64,000 bases of DNA from a virus (taxonomy: Duplodnaviria > Heunggongvirae > Uroviricota > Caudoviricetes). The notes below the pieces were generated by a model that worked only from the letters and a program-made list of their open reading frames with translations, did not search any database and was not told the DNA's origin. Location: the IMG/VR virus record IMGVR_UViG_2799112923_000001. The stretch is one strand, 5' to 3'. The stretch's first letter is position 1. Every line of letters begins with the position of its first letter. Positions 1 through 11,468 of the stretch are shown here, in pieces. Made by a program: the position numbers and the translations under genes.

Positions 1-31
1 AATATCTACATCTTTGAATATCTAATGTGGC

Positions 32-39
32 TATAAATA
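32..39 (+). promoter_or_regulatory. T4-type late promoter motif TATAAATA
   Basis: Exact TATAAATA 7 nt before the ATG of the structural gene block. Confidence 0.5.
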
Positions 40-46
40 TATTACT

Positions 47-2245
47 ATGGCTGAAACCCGAACAAAGATTTATAGCATTGAATCAGACGAAAATGGTAAA
101 TTATGGGACTTGCGTACAACAATGACCTACACAGTCCCACTTCGTCTACGCACGAAAGCTGGGAATGATTTATCACAGGATGTTTATAAATGTAATAGAT
201 TTCCATTCGTTTATGATTTGACTACTAACACTACTGTTGGTAGTGAATCAATAGAAAAGTTTAGTACAAACGATGGTATTTTACAAGACGAAACAGGTCA
301 TTTCTTATTCAGTAGAAAATTATTAGTAGAACACGGGATTGGTTTTATCCTAGCCAGTTGGTTATCTTTAAAAGATGATAAAATTGTAGTCAAGTTCAAA
401 GAAACATATCTTAAAAATTGGTATTCATCCCCTTCTTCTACTGAAATAACCGACGATGAAATTTATTCTTGGGATTCTTTTATTAACAAACCTTATCGTT
501 ATACAGAATCTTCAGGAAATATGGTTCCTGAATATGCTTTTCCTTGGTTAAGATTTAATAGTTTTGAAACATTCGCAACTAATTATCCAATAGCTGATGA
601 AAAATTGATATTTGATAAATTAGCGAATGGTTGGAGTAATTGTACTTATAGAAACAACTGTGACACAACAAAGATTGATGATACAGAATGGGCTACTTTG
701 TTTTTAAGTAGACGATTCCCAGGTGTTGGATTAAAAACATTTAATTCAACAACATTAGATGTTCCAACTGATTTAAAAGACATCAAAATTGGTAGTGGAG
801 AATTCATTTATCCATACACTAGCAATTACAATAGTGATTATCATTATTGTTTCATTAGAAGTCCATTACCATCCGACCTTCATATTACAGATTTGAATCC
901 TGCTAAATTTGGTATTTTAGCCGAGTTCATTGGTAATGGTGATAAAACATTAGTTTATAACCACTCAGGTGAAGATATTACACCTAATGAATATGATAGT
1001 TCTACAACTTCATATAAAGATAAAAATTCTTTGATTGTTTCTACTGATAACAATGGTGCTACTGATATTGACATTGTAGAAAAATATACCTTGGTTACAA
1101 CTTATATGGATGATGTTAATCCATACGAAGCAATTCCAGGTATTACCAAATACACTTATAAGAATGTAAAAAGAAACAATGGTAAAACTTACCAATACTC
1201 GGAAGTTGGTAAAACATATACTGCCGACCCACCAGCAGAAACTATCCTAGATGAAATGTTAAATGACCCTGAAACGAAATGGCAAACACCAACTGAATAC
1301 TATTCAAGTAAGGGAACAACAGCATCACAAGCAAACATTGAAGACCCCTTTAATGCTATTAGTGAATCACAGTCATGGTTCTGGGTTGAAACTATCAAGA
1401 ACTGGTGTGTTTATGTTGAACGAAACAACATATTGTATCTAATGTGCTGGAACGGTAGAGATGGTTGGGATTTGTTGGAAGCAATTATGAATTTGAAGAA
1501 TACAGGTTATATACAAAGTTTAGCAAGATTGTATTTGTATTCTCATTTGTTCTTTGCCGAAGGTCCAGCCGTAGAATGGAATATATGTAATCCAATTCGT
1601 ATGCCAGATGGTAACATTAACCAGTATTATTACAGAACATTGTATTTAACAAGAGATACAATTAGCAACAACTATAATACAAAGTTCCAAAGTTTACACG
1701 ATACAAAGATTTACCAAACTGGTGAAAGATATTTATTTTCTAATGTGGGTATTGGTTTAGACCCAGACACTACAGGTAATAAAAAGACATATTCATATAA
1801 AGACATTTATGTAGATAAAACAAGACCTGCTTGCCACGGTGTTCAAAACCAGTATTGCCCAGTGGTCGCAAAGTTGGCTAATGGTAATTTTGGATTATAC
1901 TTTGTTTATCATGTGAATGGTAATGGTTATGGTATTCCAAACGAGAACAACCCAAGTATGATTATTTCTGCTGATGATGCTAATGCTAGATGTAGAGATA
2001 TATTTGGTGCTGGTGACGATAAAACCATTATGGGAGATTGGAAACGATTTAACGGAACTAACACAGATGAAGAAAAACCAACTTCAATTCGTTCCAACAC
2101 AGACGAAACCATTTATGGTGCCGCTAATTTAACACAAAATAAAGCAGATACCAAACTAAATACTATTAGTATATTAGCAAACAGACCAAACCCAACAACT
2201 AACAATAGTGATATTCAAGATTATCTTGAAAGATGGGATAGATAA
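47..2245 (+). CDS. Large hypothetical protein, probably virion structural
   Basis: 732 aa, N/T/Y-rich, follows late-promoter motif, overlaps next structural gene (TAATG). Confidence 0.5.
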   Translation: MAETRTKIYSIESDENGKLWDLRTTMTYTVPLRLRTKAGNDLSQDVYKCNRFPFVYDLTTNTTVGSESIEKFSTNDGILQDETGHFLFSRKLLVEHGIGFILASWLSLKDDKIVVKFKETYLKNWYSSPSSTEITDDEIYSWDSFINKPYRYTESSGNMVPEYAFPWLRFNSFETFATNYPIADEKLIFDKLANGWSNCTYRNNCDTTKIDDTEWATLFLSRRFPGVGLKTFNSTTLDVPTDLKDIKIGSGEFIYPYTSNYNSDYHYCFIRSPLPSDLHITDLNPAKFGILAEFIGNGDKTLVYNHSGEDITPNEYDSSTTSYKDKNSLIVSTDNNGATDIDIVEKYTLVTTYMDDVNPYEAIPGITKYTYKNVKRNNGKTYQYSEVGKTYTADPPAETILDEMLNDPETKWQTPTEYYSSKGTTASQANIEDPFNAISESQSWFWVETIKNWCVYVERNNILYLMCWNGRDGWDLLEAIMNLKNTGYIQSLARLYLYSHLFFAEGPAVEWNICNPIRMPDGNINQYYYRTLYLTRDTISNNYNTKFQSLHDTKIYQTGERYLFSNVGIGLDPDTTGNKKTYSYKDIYVDKTRPACHGVQNQYCPVVAKLANGNFGLYFVYHVNGNGYGIPNENNPSMIISADDANARCRDIFGAGDDKTIMGDWKRFNGTNTDEEKPTSIRSNTDETIYGAANLTQNKADTKLNTISILANRPNPTTNNSDIQDYLERWDR

Positions 2246-5200
2246 TGAGTTCATTTGTATTTAACGATTTTAAGAAAAGATATTTAGAAGGTAATGTTCC
2301 ATCGGCTGATACCTGGACATTCATTCCAGTTGCAGACTCATTTAAACAGACCTTTGAATTTGATGATATTCGTTTAGACCATTATAGAACCATAATGGAT
2401 TTCAAGAATGTTGCTGATAAAAGGAATCCTGATAGTTTTGATATTGTTGGAAACTATATTAACCCACATCAGTTTGGTAAAGAAGAATATATTAGAATTG
2501 ATGATGCTACTAGAATAAAGGGTGCTACTTTAGTTGATGGTGTTCCATTAACATTCACTTGGACTAAGGTTTTAGACGATGACGAACTCAATAACAAACC
2601 AATGTATGTAACAAAGGATAACTTTAACCATTTTAAAAATTACTATTCCGCTACAGTAGCAAATAACCCATATATTGACCAGTATCTAAATAGTGGTTTC
2701 TATTTTATTCGTTCCAAGGATGAATTGGAATGGTTCGCAGAACGTGTAAACAGAAACGATAAAATTATTGGTGTTATTGGTGATAACTTTGAAGGTGTAA
2801 TTTCTAAACCTATTGGTTATGACGAAAAACACCCTTTCAATGGTATCTTGGATGGTAACTATTTCACATTTGATATTACAGTTAAAGCACAATACGCTGA
2901 TAATGGTGTAATTGGTGTTTTGGGTTCACAAGGTATTGTTAGAAACTTCGTTTTGAAACATAGTGATTTCAATAGAATTTCTATTGATTGTGAAAAGCCA
3001 ATTAACTTGACCCACATTAAGAATGATGGTAGAGATATTAACTGTGGTTTGTTGGTTGGTAGAAACTATGGTAAGATTGAAAACATTGATGCGAAGAAAC
3101 TTGGTTCATTCAAGATTTATGGTTGTGTACCAAGTGTTTATTCTGTAACAAATAAGTCCGACAGTTATAAATGGAATGAAACCGAAAAGATTGTAAGAAA
3201 GAAATTTGATACAAACAACGAAAACTTTATGTATCTAAACTCTTTCTGTATTAACTCTCCAGGTAACATTTGCCCTTATGTAGGTTATTTCAATGAGGGA
3301 AAATTTGCTGATGATAGATTGGGTTTATGTGTTGACACTAACCTAACAGCTTTTGATTTCGCAGTAACTGGACAGAGTTTCTATGCTAAATTCTTTGCTA
3401 ATGGTTATGCTGGCTGGAAAACCCAATACAATGAAAATAACATTGACTGGTCTATTAGATGTGGTAGTCCAAACAGTTTAGACCTATATCAGTTAGGTTC
3501 AATGAAACAATATGCTAATTCGTATGTTGGTGTTAATACAAATAGAAACATCGCTTCAAATACTTACACATACGATTTGGATAATAACTACGAAGCTGCC
3601 GCTATCATTAGAAACCCATTATATTATGGTGTAGATAATTATGGTTATTTCACTGTTCGTGCTGTTGGTAAATTAGATGACCCACAAACCTGGGTAGAAA
3701 ATTTCAATAGTAATTTGTGCCAAAAGGTACTTGGTAATAGTGGTTATAGAGATTGTACCGCATTGGAACCTGAATATGAAATGACCCGTGTTTCTATGCG
3801 ACCCCAACCAAATGCTAGAGCTGCATATAATGTTGGTACTATCATTGGTGCTAACTACGGTACAGCTCTTAACATTCAAGTAAGTGCTATTGTTCAAAAC
3901 ACATCCAACTTCGTAGGATTTATTGGTGGTCTTGCTGGTAAGCAGGCTAATGGTTATATTGACCAGGTATCTGTTTATATGGATAACCAGTTAATGTATG
4001 ATTTGGGTAGTAAGCCTGAAAATGGTGATGTTGTTTATTATAAACAAACTCCTGTATTCTCCGAACCAGTAAAACAATATATCCAAGGTGCTTTGGCTAG
4101 TTATAGTGATAATGATACTGGTAAGAAGAATTTATTGAGTATGTACTGTGAAGCCTGGTATGATGAAACTCGTACTGATGCTGCTTCATTAGAATACACA
4201 GTTAACACCGCTACTACAGTCACTAACGATGTAATTTCATATAAATTAAGACCTATCTTCGTTGTTGGTGGTATGTTTGGTAGATACATTCCTACTTATG
4301 GTGTTAATGAATACTATCAAAATATGGTATGTGTAGTAAACAATAGTACCGTTCTTTATAAAGACAACTACGATTCAACAGAAAACTTTAAGCGACCTGA
4401 AAACGCATTTGGTGCTTTGATTGGTAAGGTGGATTATGCCACAACTAACAACAGTATCTATTTCTTTAACTCATTAGCATTTAATAATTGCCAAATTTCG
4501 GCTTTATCAAATGTTGGTGAACCATTTAGATATTTCGCTAACCATTTTGATGAAAACGAAGGTTGGGTTCCTGATGTTATTGACTTGAAAGATACTGGTG
4601 ATTATAGATCTGCGTTCTCTGCTTTGAACTCTGGTACATGTACAAAGAAATATGTTGGTATTTACGAAATCAAGAACAATGTAATTGAAGGTGTATCATA
4701 TACAGTTAACAGTGCTGCCACAGCATTGTATGATGGTGCTACAAATAAGAGTAAACAATCATTAAGTAATTTGGGAATCTATTGGGGAACAGATTATCCT
4801 ATTGAATTATCTGCTCACAATGGAGGTATTACACAATCCCACGAAATGTACCAGTTTATTCCTGACCTACTATCTAACAACGATTATAGATGGTCTAATG
4901 CAGGTGGTTATTGGGGTCCTTATGATATTCTTCACCAGGCTTTCTATTATCCAAACTACGATGTTGCTAATAGATTTGGTGGTTATAACAAACGCAATAT
5001 GGCTTCTAAACTTATTGTAATGAATGGTTGTTATTCTAATGTGGATAACTGGATAGAATTGTATGACGATTACATTAACCAGTGGCACTATATGCAATTA
5101 CCACCTAAATCTACTGATTTATCACCAGATCATTTATCTGGCAACTATTTCAATGCGAAAGAATTGTATTTGATTAAGAAGTATTGGAATCGTGTTGGTA

Positions 5201-6063
5201 CACATTACGGTTATACAAGTAATACACAAGTTTCTTCTTATTTGAAATGGGATACTGCATCTGCCGATTTGTATTCTGCTAACAGTGGTCTTTATCTTGA
5301 AGGTCTAGTACAAGATCAGGTAGATAGATTTATAGCAAACGGAACACAGAATACTTACGATGGTTATACTACTGTTATCAATGTTCCTGATGGTTGGTAT
5401 AATGGTAGTCAAAGTTATGATGATGCACCAAATAATGCTAATACAACTCAATTTGAATATAGTCAATTAAACTGTTATGATATTACTACTAGACAATATA
5501 ACACACCAAAGAGATTTGTAAAGAACATTATGAAACACTATAACCCAACTTGGGTAGTTAATAACAATGCTACTATTCAATGGACTGATAAAGTAACATT
5601 CAAAGCAAGAAATGCTACCGATAGTTATTTCTACTACACATACACAGCAACTTCAGGTAGATTTAATCAGGTTCATACAACATATAACACACTTGAAAAC
5701 GCATTTGCTTTCAAACTACCTGTAACATTCACTGCAAATAATTCTATGATGGGTTATGGTACTGACTTAACATTAACTGAACAATTAGACCAAAGTAGAC
5801 CAAGTACAATTTCATTGGGTGAATATCTATCACCAGCAGCCATTAGAGAAAACATTAACAAGTATGGAACATTCAATACAACCAGTGTTTCTTCTAAAAT
5901 GAATTTGGGTGGTTTGTTGGTAGTAGATAGTGTTGGTAGAAATGTTATGTTCTTGGATAATGACCAGAACGCACCTATTACCGGTAATGCTATTTCGTTC
6001 CCAGCACTAGATTTAAGAATAAATACAAAGAAAGCTAAAAAGATTATTTTGGAAGTTGAATAA
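2245..6063 (+). CDS. Putative tail fibre/adhesin-like virion protein
   Basis: 1272 aa; FNGILDGNYFT and GGLAG/GLLVG/GGMFG motifs resemble GLUG-type beta-helix passenger domains. Confidence 0.55.
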   Translation: MSSFVFNDFKKRYLEGNVPSADTWTFIPVADSFKQTFEFDDIRLDHYRTIMDFKNVADKRNPDSFDIVGNYINPHQFGKEEYIRIDDATRIKGATLVDGVPLTFTWTKVLDDDELNNKPMYVTKDNFNHFKNYYSATVANNPYIDQYLNSGFYFIRSKDELEWFAERVNRNDKIIGVIGDNFEGVISKPIGYDEKHPFNGILDGNYFTFDITVKAQYADNGVIGVLGSQGIVRNFVLKHSDFNRISIDCEKPINLTHIKNDGRDINCGLLVGRNYGKIENIDAKKLGSFKIYGCVPSVYSVTNKSDSYKWNETEKIVRKKFDTNNENFMYLNSFCINSPGNICPYVGYFNEGKFADDRLGLCVDTNLTAFDFAVTGQSFYAKFFANGYAGWKTQYNENNIDWSIRCGSPNSLDLYQLGSMKQYANSYVGVNTNRNIASNTYTYDLDNNYEAAAIIRNPLYYGVDNYGYFTVRAVGKLDDPQTWVENFNSNLCQKVLGNSGYRDCTALEPEYEMTRVSMRPQPNARAAYNVGTIIGANYGTALNIQVSAIVQNTSNFVGFIGGLAGKQANGYIDQVSVYMDNQLMYDLGSKPENGDVVYYKQTPVFSEPVKQYIQGALASYSDNDTGKKNLLSMYCEAWYDETRTDAASLEYTVNTATTVTNDVISYKLRPIFVVGGMFGRYIPTYGVNEYYQNMVCVVNNSTVLYKDNYDSTENFKRPENAFGALIGKVDYATTNNSIYFFNSLAFNNCQISALSNVGEPFRYFANHFDENEGWVPDVIDLKDTGDYRSAFSALNSGTCTKKYVGIYEIKNNVIEGVSYTVNSAATALYDGATNKSKQSLSNLGIYWGTDYPIELSAHNGGITQSHEMYQFIPDLLSNNDYRWSNAGGYWGPYDILHQAFYYPNYDVANRFGGYNKRNMASKLIVMNGCYSNVDNWIELYDDYINQWHYMQLPPKSTDLSPDHLSGNYFNAKELYLIKKYWNRVGTHYGYTSNTQVSSYLKWDTASADLYSANSGLYLEGLVQDQVDRFIANGTQNTYDGYTTVINVPDGWYNGSQSYDDAPNNANTTQFEYSQLNCYDITTRQYNTPKRFVKNIMKHYNPTWVVNNNATIQWTDKVTFKARNATDSYFYYTYTATSGRFNQVHTTYNTLENAFAFKLPVTFTANNSMMGYGTDLTLTEQLDQSRPSTISLGEYLSPAAIRENINKYGTFNTTSVSSKMNLGGLLVVDSVGRNVMFLDNDQNAPITGNAISFPALDLRINTKKAKKIILEVE

Positions 6064-6881
6064 TGGCTTGGTCTGCGTCAAATAAATGTGTAACAAATTC
6101 CTATAAATTTGCCTTGGGAACAGGGCAAATTAAAGGCATAAACTATGGGAATTTGAAAGTAAACATTACTGATTCCAATTTCTTTAAGACCAATTATTAT
6201 AGATTAAAAGGTCTTACTGATTCTAAAGCAGTAGATAAAGAAAAATTAGTTGACTATAATCAATTGAGATTGGGTGACCTTCAAGAACCTTATATGTGGA
6301 ATGTAAAAGATACCGCTGGTAAATTGATAGGTACAAAAGGATTATCTTCACAAATAATTTCTACTGATTTGACATTACAGAATATCGTAGTTAATTCATT
6401 TAATAATGATACTGGTGAAAGTTCCGAGCAGTCTTATGAAAAGATGATTAACTATCCTGTATCGTCAAGAATTTTCTCAAACAATCACGATGGAAGTTGG
6501 ATTACTAATGATTTGGATTGGAGTGTAACTGCCACAGCTAATTCTTCTACTATGCAGTATTTCAAGAATGAATACAATTTCAAAGATGAATATAACAAAA
6601 CCGAATATCAGTCATTTGGTGTAAACGAAAACAAATTAGAAGAAAATGTTTGTAGATTATCCGCAACTTCATTCATAATGGATAATAACACACCTGCCAA
6701 TAAAGATTCAATGGATTATGGTGCTGCCGGTATTTTATTGACCTATGTGGATGAAAATAAGGGATTTAAAGGTAAGAATGAATTACCAGTAGCATATTTT
6801 GAATTTGGTAAAACATTACATTCTAACTATAATTTCTTACAAATTGACTGGCATGAAGATGGTGTAATTAAGGTAGTATAA
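6063..6881 (+). CDS. Putative virion structural protein
   Basis: N-terminal NSYKFALGTGQI and C-terminal LPVAYFEFG..LQIDW..GVI resemble a small phage tail-associated family. Confidence 0.45.
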   Translation: MAWSASNKCVTNSYKFALGTGQIKGINYGNLKVNITDSNFFKTNYYRLKGLTDSKAVDKEKLVDYNQLRLGDLQEPYMWNVKDTAGKLIGTKGLSSQIISTDLTLQNIVVNSFNNDTGESSEQSYEKMINYPVSSRIFSNNHDGSWITNDLDWSVTATANSSTMQYFKNEYNFKDEYNKTEYQSFGVNENKLEENVCRLSATSFIMDNNTPANKDSMDYGAAGILLTYVDENKGFKGKNELPVAYFEFGKTLHSNYNFLQIDWHEDGVIKVV

Positions 6882-7675
6882 TGGCTGGAAAAGTAGATAC
6901 AAATATAAATTCATATCCTTGGTTATGTTCAACAATGCCAAAAGTAAATGATTGGGATTGTTATAATACAGATACCGGTAATATGGTGACTGATGACGAA
7001 GGTAAACAAGCAGAAGCATATACAACTGATGCGTATGGCACATTTGGTCTCCAGGTAGTTTATTATAAAGTTTCCGAGAATTTGGTAAGAGATAAAATCT
7101 ATGGAGAAGACCAATTACAGGTTGTTCAAAGAGCATTTAACATTGTAATGTATACTGAACAATTACCACCAAATGTTAGAACATACCAATTACAAGGAAT
7201 TTGGGGTGAAGATGTTATCACCTGTTATGTTGGTGTAACAGCATTCAAATACTGGAGCACTTATGGTGGAAAAGACAGAAACACACCAAAAGTTTATGAC
7301 GATTTTGTGCCTAGAATTGGTGATGTAGTTTATTTGCCACAAAACGAAACATTCTACGAAATTAGAGATGTAAAGTATTATCAGGAAGCATTTGGATTAC
7401 AGTCCCACACATATACATTAACATTGAAAGTTTACAAAGATACTAAACTAACTATTGACAATAAAAATGAAACAATCAGTGATAAAGATGACCCAATCTG
7501 GGATGTTGCTACAAAAGATTTCCCAGAGCAGTATAACATAAATGACCCATTAAAGAAGAATGATATTTTGGAAGATAAAGAGTTAGAGCAGTCTAAAAAT
7601 GTTAATCACATGGACGTCATTTACCACGATAAAGACGAAGGCCGACCAAGAATTGACCCATTTGACGGTTGGTAA
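6881..7675 (+). CDS. Neck/head-completion protein, T4 gp14-like
   Basis: YGED, PRIGDVVYLP, FYEIRDV and terminal DPFDGW motifs typical of gp14-like proteins. Confidence 0.6.
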   Translation: MAGKVDTNINSYPWLCSTMPKVNDWDCYNTDTGNMVTDDEGKQAEAYTTDAYGTFGLQVVYYKVSENLVRDKIYGEDQLQVVQRAFNIVMYTEQLPPNVRTYQLQGIWGEDVITCYVGVTAFKYWSTYGGKDRNTPKVYDDFVPRIGDVVYLPQNETFYEIRDVKYYQEAFGLQSHTYTLTLKVYKDTKLTIDNKNETISDKDDPIWDVATKDFPEQYNINDPLKKNDILEDKELEQSKNVNHMDVIYHDKDEGRPRIDPFDGW

Positions 7676-7692
7676 ACTTTTATTTACATAAT

Positions 7693-7758
7693 TGTAAACA
7701 TTATTTTACAAAAATAAGCAGTTTGTTTCTTGACAAACTGCATTTTTATTTCTATATT
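7693..7758 (+). promoter_or_regulatory. Cassette: TGTAAA-N6-TTTACA, then TTGACA-N17-TATATT
   Basis: Palindrome 7693-7710, -35 at 7730, -10 at 7753, hairpin 7718-7741. Confidence 0.85.
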
Positions 7759-7788
7759 AATATCAAACAATAACAAAAGAGGTAACAA

Positions 7789-7950
7789 ATGCTTTCACCT
7801 GAATACGCAAAAATCGTTGATGAAATGTTTAACATTTGGCTCGTTGCCATGTTCTGTTTGCTTTGTGCCGGTTCTATACTCGGTCTAATCAAAGCATTTT
7901 GGATGATGGCATTTGATATGAACAAGAAAAGTAATAGGAGGATTTTCTAA
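7789..7950 (+). CDS. Small membrane protein (53 aa, not in ORF track)
   Basis: GAGGT RBS, MLSPEYAKIV...RRIF with one hydrophobic segment. Confidence 0.6.
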   Translation: MLSPEYAKIVDEMFNIWLVAMFCLLCAGSILGLIKAFWMMAFDMNKKSNRRIF

Positions 7951-8689
7951 TGAAGTCTAATCTCACTATTGAACAGGTTGAAAAGATTCTTTCCCAGTAC
8001 GGAATTGAAAAGAAGAAGTTGGATTCTGTTTGTACAGAATATCGTTTGAAGAATTACAAGGTTCAATCTCCGGTTGTTCAGTATTTCCATCTCTCAAATG
8101 GTGAAACGGCATTTGCTTTCAAGGGCCTTCTTCACAAGTATCCCTGTTGCCAATTTCTCGCCAAATTGGTAAAGAACAATCAGTCCGAAAAGTTCTATTG
8201 GGGTCTGGCTGAAGGAACTAATGCCATTGGATTGAAGCCTGACACTATTTTCGCAAATGAAACTAATCTCAATGCTGCTATGTTGGTGTTGATTGGTGAG
8301 CTGGAAAAGAACGAACTCAGACGATAAGGAGAAAACTATGCTCTATGTGGATTTAATGGATATTATCTTAAATGCGAATTTTATTTTGCTTGCAGTTGCG
8401 GCTTGTATTATGGTGTTTAAGGTAAAAGCCTGGAAGATTTATGTTCCAATGATTATTGTGTTTATCATTGTGTTCATTGGATTTTTTAGGGTAGATTTTC
8501 GTCTTTGGTGTGTTGACCAGGACATTAATAAAACCAAACAGGACATTGAACACGCAAATGAATACTGTATTCATTCGTTATCGGATGAAGATGTATTACA
8601 GTGTAGAATTATGTTGAAGAAATATGGAAACCAGCAAATGATGTTGGAAAGACGAAAGCAGTGGTATCTAGTTCAAAAGTTTAACTAAT

Positions 8690-9163
8690 ATGAAATGGAA
8701 TAAACGATTAGAAAAGAAGATTGTAAAACTGTGCGATAGTTTGGGAATTGAAACCAACATTGACTGGGATGTTGGTCACTGCGATTTCATCTACCACAAT
8801 GAACACCAATACAGACCATTGGGAGCTGTGCGTTGGTATGGCTATATGATGGATTGTAATCCGACCATTGGAAACAAAATCTATGTAGCCACTTGTTGGA
8901 CTAAAATCGTTTTTACCGACTATGTATCTAGTAAACCGACTAAAATTGACATTTGGGATGTGAACTATGATGATAAAAAAGAACATACTCATTTTCGTAG
9001 TGATATAAGCGAACACAAGACCCAAACAATTCCTGACGATTATACTGAACAACAGTTGTTAGCATTTTTGGAAGAAAATTTAACAAGAGTGTTAAAAGCA
9101 TCTCGTTTGGATAAAATGTATAAGTCATTGGATAAAATTCAAGAGGACTTTAATGACGAATGA
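8690..9163 (+). CDS. DF-tail family protein
   Basis: Ends KIQEDFNDE. Confidence 0.7.
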   Translation: MKWNKRLEKKIVKLCDSLGIETNIDWDVGHCDFIYHNEHQYRPLGAVRWYGYMMDCNPTIGNKIYVATCWTKIVFTDYVSSKPTKIDIWDVNYDDKKEHTHFRSDISEHKTQTIPDDYTEQQLLAFLEENLTRVLKASRLDKMYKSLDKIQEDFNDE

Positions 9164-9491
9164 TGAATATAATAAGTATGCTGAAACATTTAGTGAATTA
9201 GGATTTACAAGTGAACGGTACTACAGTTCGGATTTTATTCTAATTTATTTTGAATGTTCTCGGGTTGGTGAATTTGATACAAAAAAATTAATGTTTGAAA
9301 TATGTACAGAAGCATGTGTTCATTTTACATATTGTGTGGGAACTGAAGAAACTATTATAAACTTCTCATTTAACAAAAATGTAATGTGTGATTATGCTGC
9401 TGGAATAACTTATCTTAAAAAATTAAACTACGAAATTTCAAAAGGGAAAGAACTAATAGAAAAACTTAAAATGGTAAAGGATTTCGCATGA
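9153..9491 (+). CDS. DF-tail family protein
   Basis: Ends KMVKDFA. Confidence 0.7.
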   Translation: MTNDEYNKYAETFSELGFTSERYYSSDFILIYFECSRVGEFDTKKLMFEICTEACVHFTYCVGTEETIINFSFNKNVMCDYAAGITYLKKLNYEISKGKELIEKLKMVKDFA

Positions 9492-9916
9492 TATTTTTAA
9501 TTATAAGTGTAATTTGTTTTGGTCTTATATTATTTCTTGATAGTTTAGTACCAGACGAAAAAGAAAGAACTGACGATGTGTTCGCAAACAATAATGACCC
9601 TGCCGTTGATTGCCATAGAAAATTCTGTTTGTTATCTGATGATTTGTTCAAACAACTATGTGCGATAGATGGTAGTGCTACCCAGGATTCAATGGGTAAT
9701 CTTTATTGTTGGGATTTTTGCGACCATAAAATTCAAATTACTGCAATTCTTAAACATGGAACACCACCAAAAACATATATCTTGTATGATAACAAAATAA
9801 CTCAACAAAAGAAGAAATTTTACAAATACGAAAAATTCGTTGAATTTTTTGAACAACATAACTTAGAACTTAAACAACAAATCTTACAATATAACCTTAG
9901 CAAGGACTTCACATGA
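9488..9916 (+). CDS. DF-tail family protein with N-terminal TM helix
   Basis: Hydrophobic N-terminus; ends NLSKDFT. Confidence 0.7.
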   Translation: MIFLIISVICFGLILFLDSLVPDEKERTDDVFANNNDPAVDCHRKFCLLSDDLFKQLCAIDGSATQDSMGNLYCWDFCDHKIQITAILKHGTPPKTYILYDNKITQQKKKFYKYEKFVEFFEQHNLELKQQILQYNLSKDFT

Positions 9917-10413
9917 ATCTAATTTACTTTATCTTCTTCGTTATCTTTATCGCAATCGCTGCTATTGTGATTAAGACTGACAAATTCGTGGAACCTAAGA
10001 AAGAACCCAAGGTTCCAACACCTGTGGCTAAAAAGCCACTACCAAAGAAATCACCATCTCCAAAGCCACCTTCTCGTAGGCCTGCTCCACCAAGCCCAAA
10101 TGCGATGGTTATGGGTTTGCGTGAATGGGAACAGTGGGGTTTTGAGAATATGGTTGAACTCAAGGCTTGCGGTGCCAATGTTTCCAGTTATGGTAGAAAT
10201 ATGAAGAATGGCTATTCTATTTTGAATGGAACTGTAAAATTTGAATATGACCCAGATCCTACTGATGGTAAGCATTACTGCTACTACAATACAGAAAAAC
10301 ATATCTGTGTTGGGTTTGAAAAATTGAAGGATTTTATTACATTTTACAATGACCAGCTGAAAGACCTAAAAGAACAAATTTTCCTACATAGTTTACAAGA
10401 GGATTTTAACTAA
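9913..10413 (+). CDS. DF-tail family protein with N-terminal TM helix and Pro-rich linker
   Basis: TM segment, PKKSPSPKPP linker; ends SLQEDFN. Confidence 0.7.
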   Translation: MNLIYFIFFVIFIAIAAIVIKTDKFVEPKKEPKVPTPVAKKPLPKKSPSPKPPSRRPAPPSPNAMVMGLREWEQWGFENMVELKACGANVSSYGRNMKNGYSILNGTVKFEYDPDPTDGKHYCYYNTEKHICVGFEKLKDFITFYNDQLKDLKEQIFLHSLQEDFN

Positions 10414-10768
10414 TGAAAGTATCCGATTTAAAGAAACAGTTTGAACAAGAAGGGTTTGAATGTTTTTACCAAGCTCGGGTAAAGAAAAATTTTAACATTT
10501 TTCTTCCTTTACCAGGTGGTCGCATTAGTATCGGTGAATATCGTAGTGAGGTAAATCATTTTAAGATTTGTAATTGTTCACAGTTATACATTACAGAAAC
10601 AAACGAATTTCTTACGAATGAAAAGAATTTGAATTTTGATGTTTGTTTCTATAATGAAGTTATGTTTGATAAAATTGAACCTGCTTTGGAATTAGCCAAG
10701 AAAATCGCAGTTGAATATAAGAGATTACAGGAAAGAATTAAATTAATAAAAATTGCTATGGATAGTCT

Positions 10769-11134
10769 ATGACAGAACAAGAATTTACATCTCTAATAGA
10801 AACATACGGCTTTGAATTGGATATTCAGGAAAATTATATTTTCGCAAGAATTCCAAATAGATACAACAAGCCAATGCAGTATATTGAATTTTATAGAAAA
10901 GAAAGATGGGGTGTTCTCCCAGGCACTGTATTGGTATATCCTATTAGTCCTGTAATGAGTGTTGATGGTTATGTTTTGGATTATGAAATAGCTGGTTGGG
11001 GTGGAGATAAGAAGTTTTCAAAACCACATAAACTCAAAAGGTTTTTGGATGAACAAATGGAACTATTGAAAGAGTTGAGAACAAAGATTTTGGAAACTGA
11101 ACTCAGTTGGGATTTCTGTAATGATGAAGATTAA
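10769..11134 (+). CDS. DF-tail family protein
   Basis: Starts MTEQEFTSLIETYGF; ends ELSWDFCNDED. Confidence 0.65.
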   Translation: MTEQEFTSLIETYGFELDIQENYIFARIPNRYNKPMQYIEFYRKERWGVLPGTVLVYPISPVMSVDGYVLDYEIAGWGGDKKFSKPHKLKRFLDEQMELLKELRTKILETELSWDFCNDED

Positions 11135-11468
11135 GAATGAAATTTGGCATAAACTGCTTGACGAATTTGGTTTGAAAGTTCGTGTTTATGATGAAGGATA
11201 TAAAATCTATTCTGCGAGATATGAATATAACCCTGGTGATAGTGTAGAAATGCTTCGCATTTGTGAAAATGGGTGTTTTTCTAGTTTTTATGTATCATCC
11301 ATATTAACTGATTATTCCAGCATTAACATCGGTGTAAATGTTGTGGCAGGTTGTTTGGTAGATGTAAAGAGTTATGAACAAGCACGAAATCATATTGGAA
11401 AGATAATAAACCAAATACAGAAATGTAGAGAAAAATTGGAACTGAAAAAGATAAAGAAGGATTTTTAA
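11121..11468 (+). CDS. DF-tail family protein
   Basis: Ends KIKKDF. Confidence 0.7.
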   Translation: MMKIKNEIWHKLLDEFGLKVRVYDEGYKIYSARYEYNPGDSVEMLRICENGCFSSFYVSSILTDYSSINIGVNVVAGCLVDVKSYEQARNHIGKIINQIQKCREKLELKKIKKDF

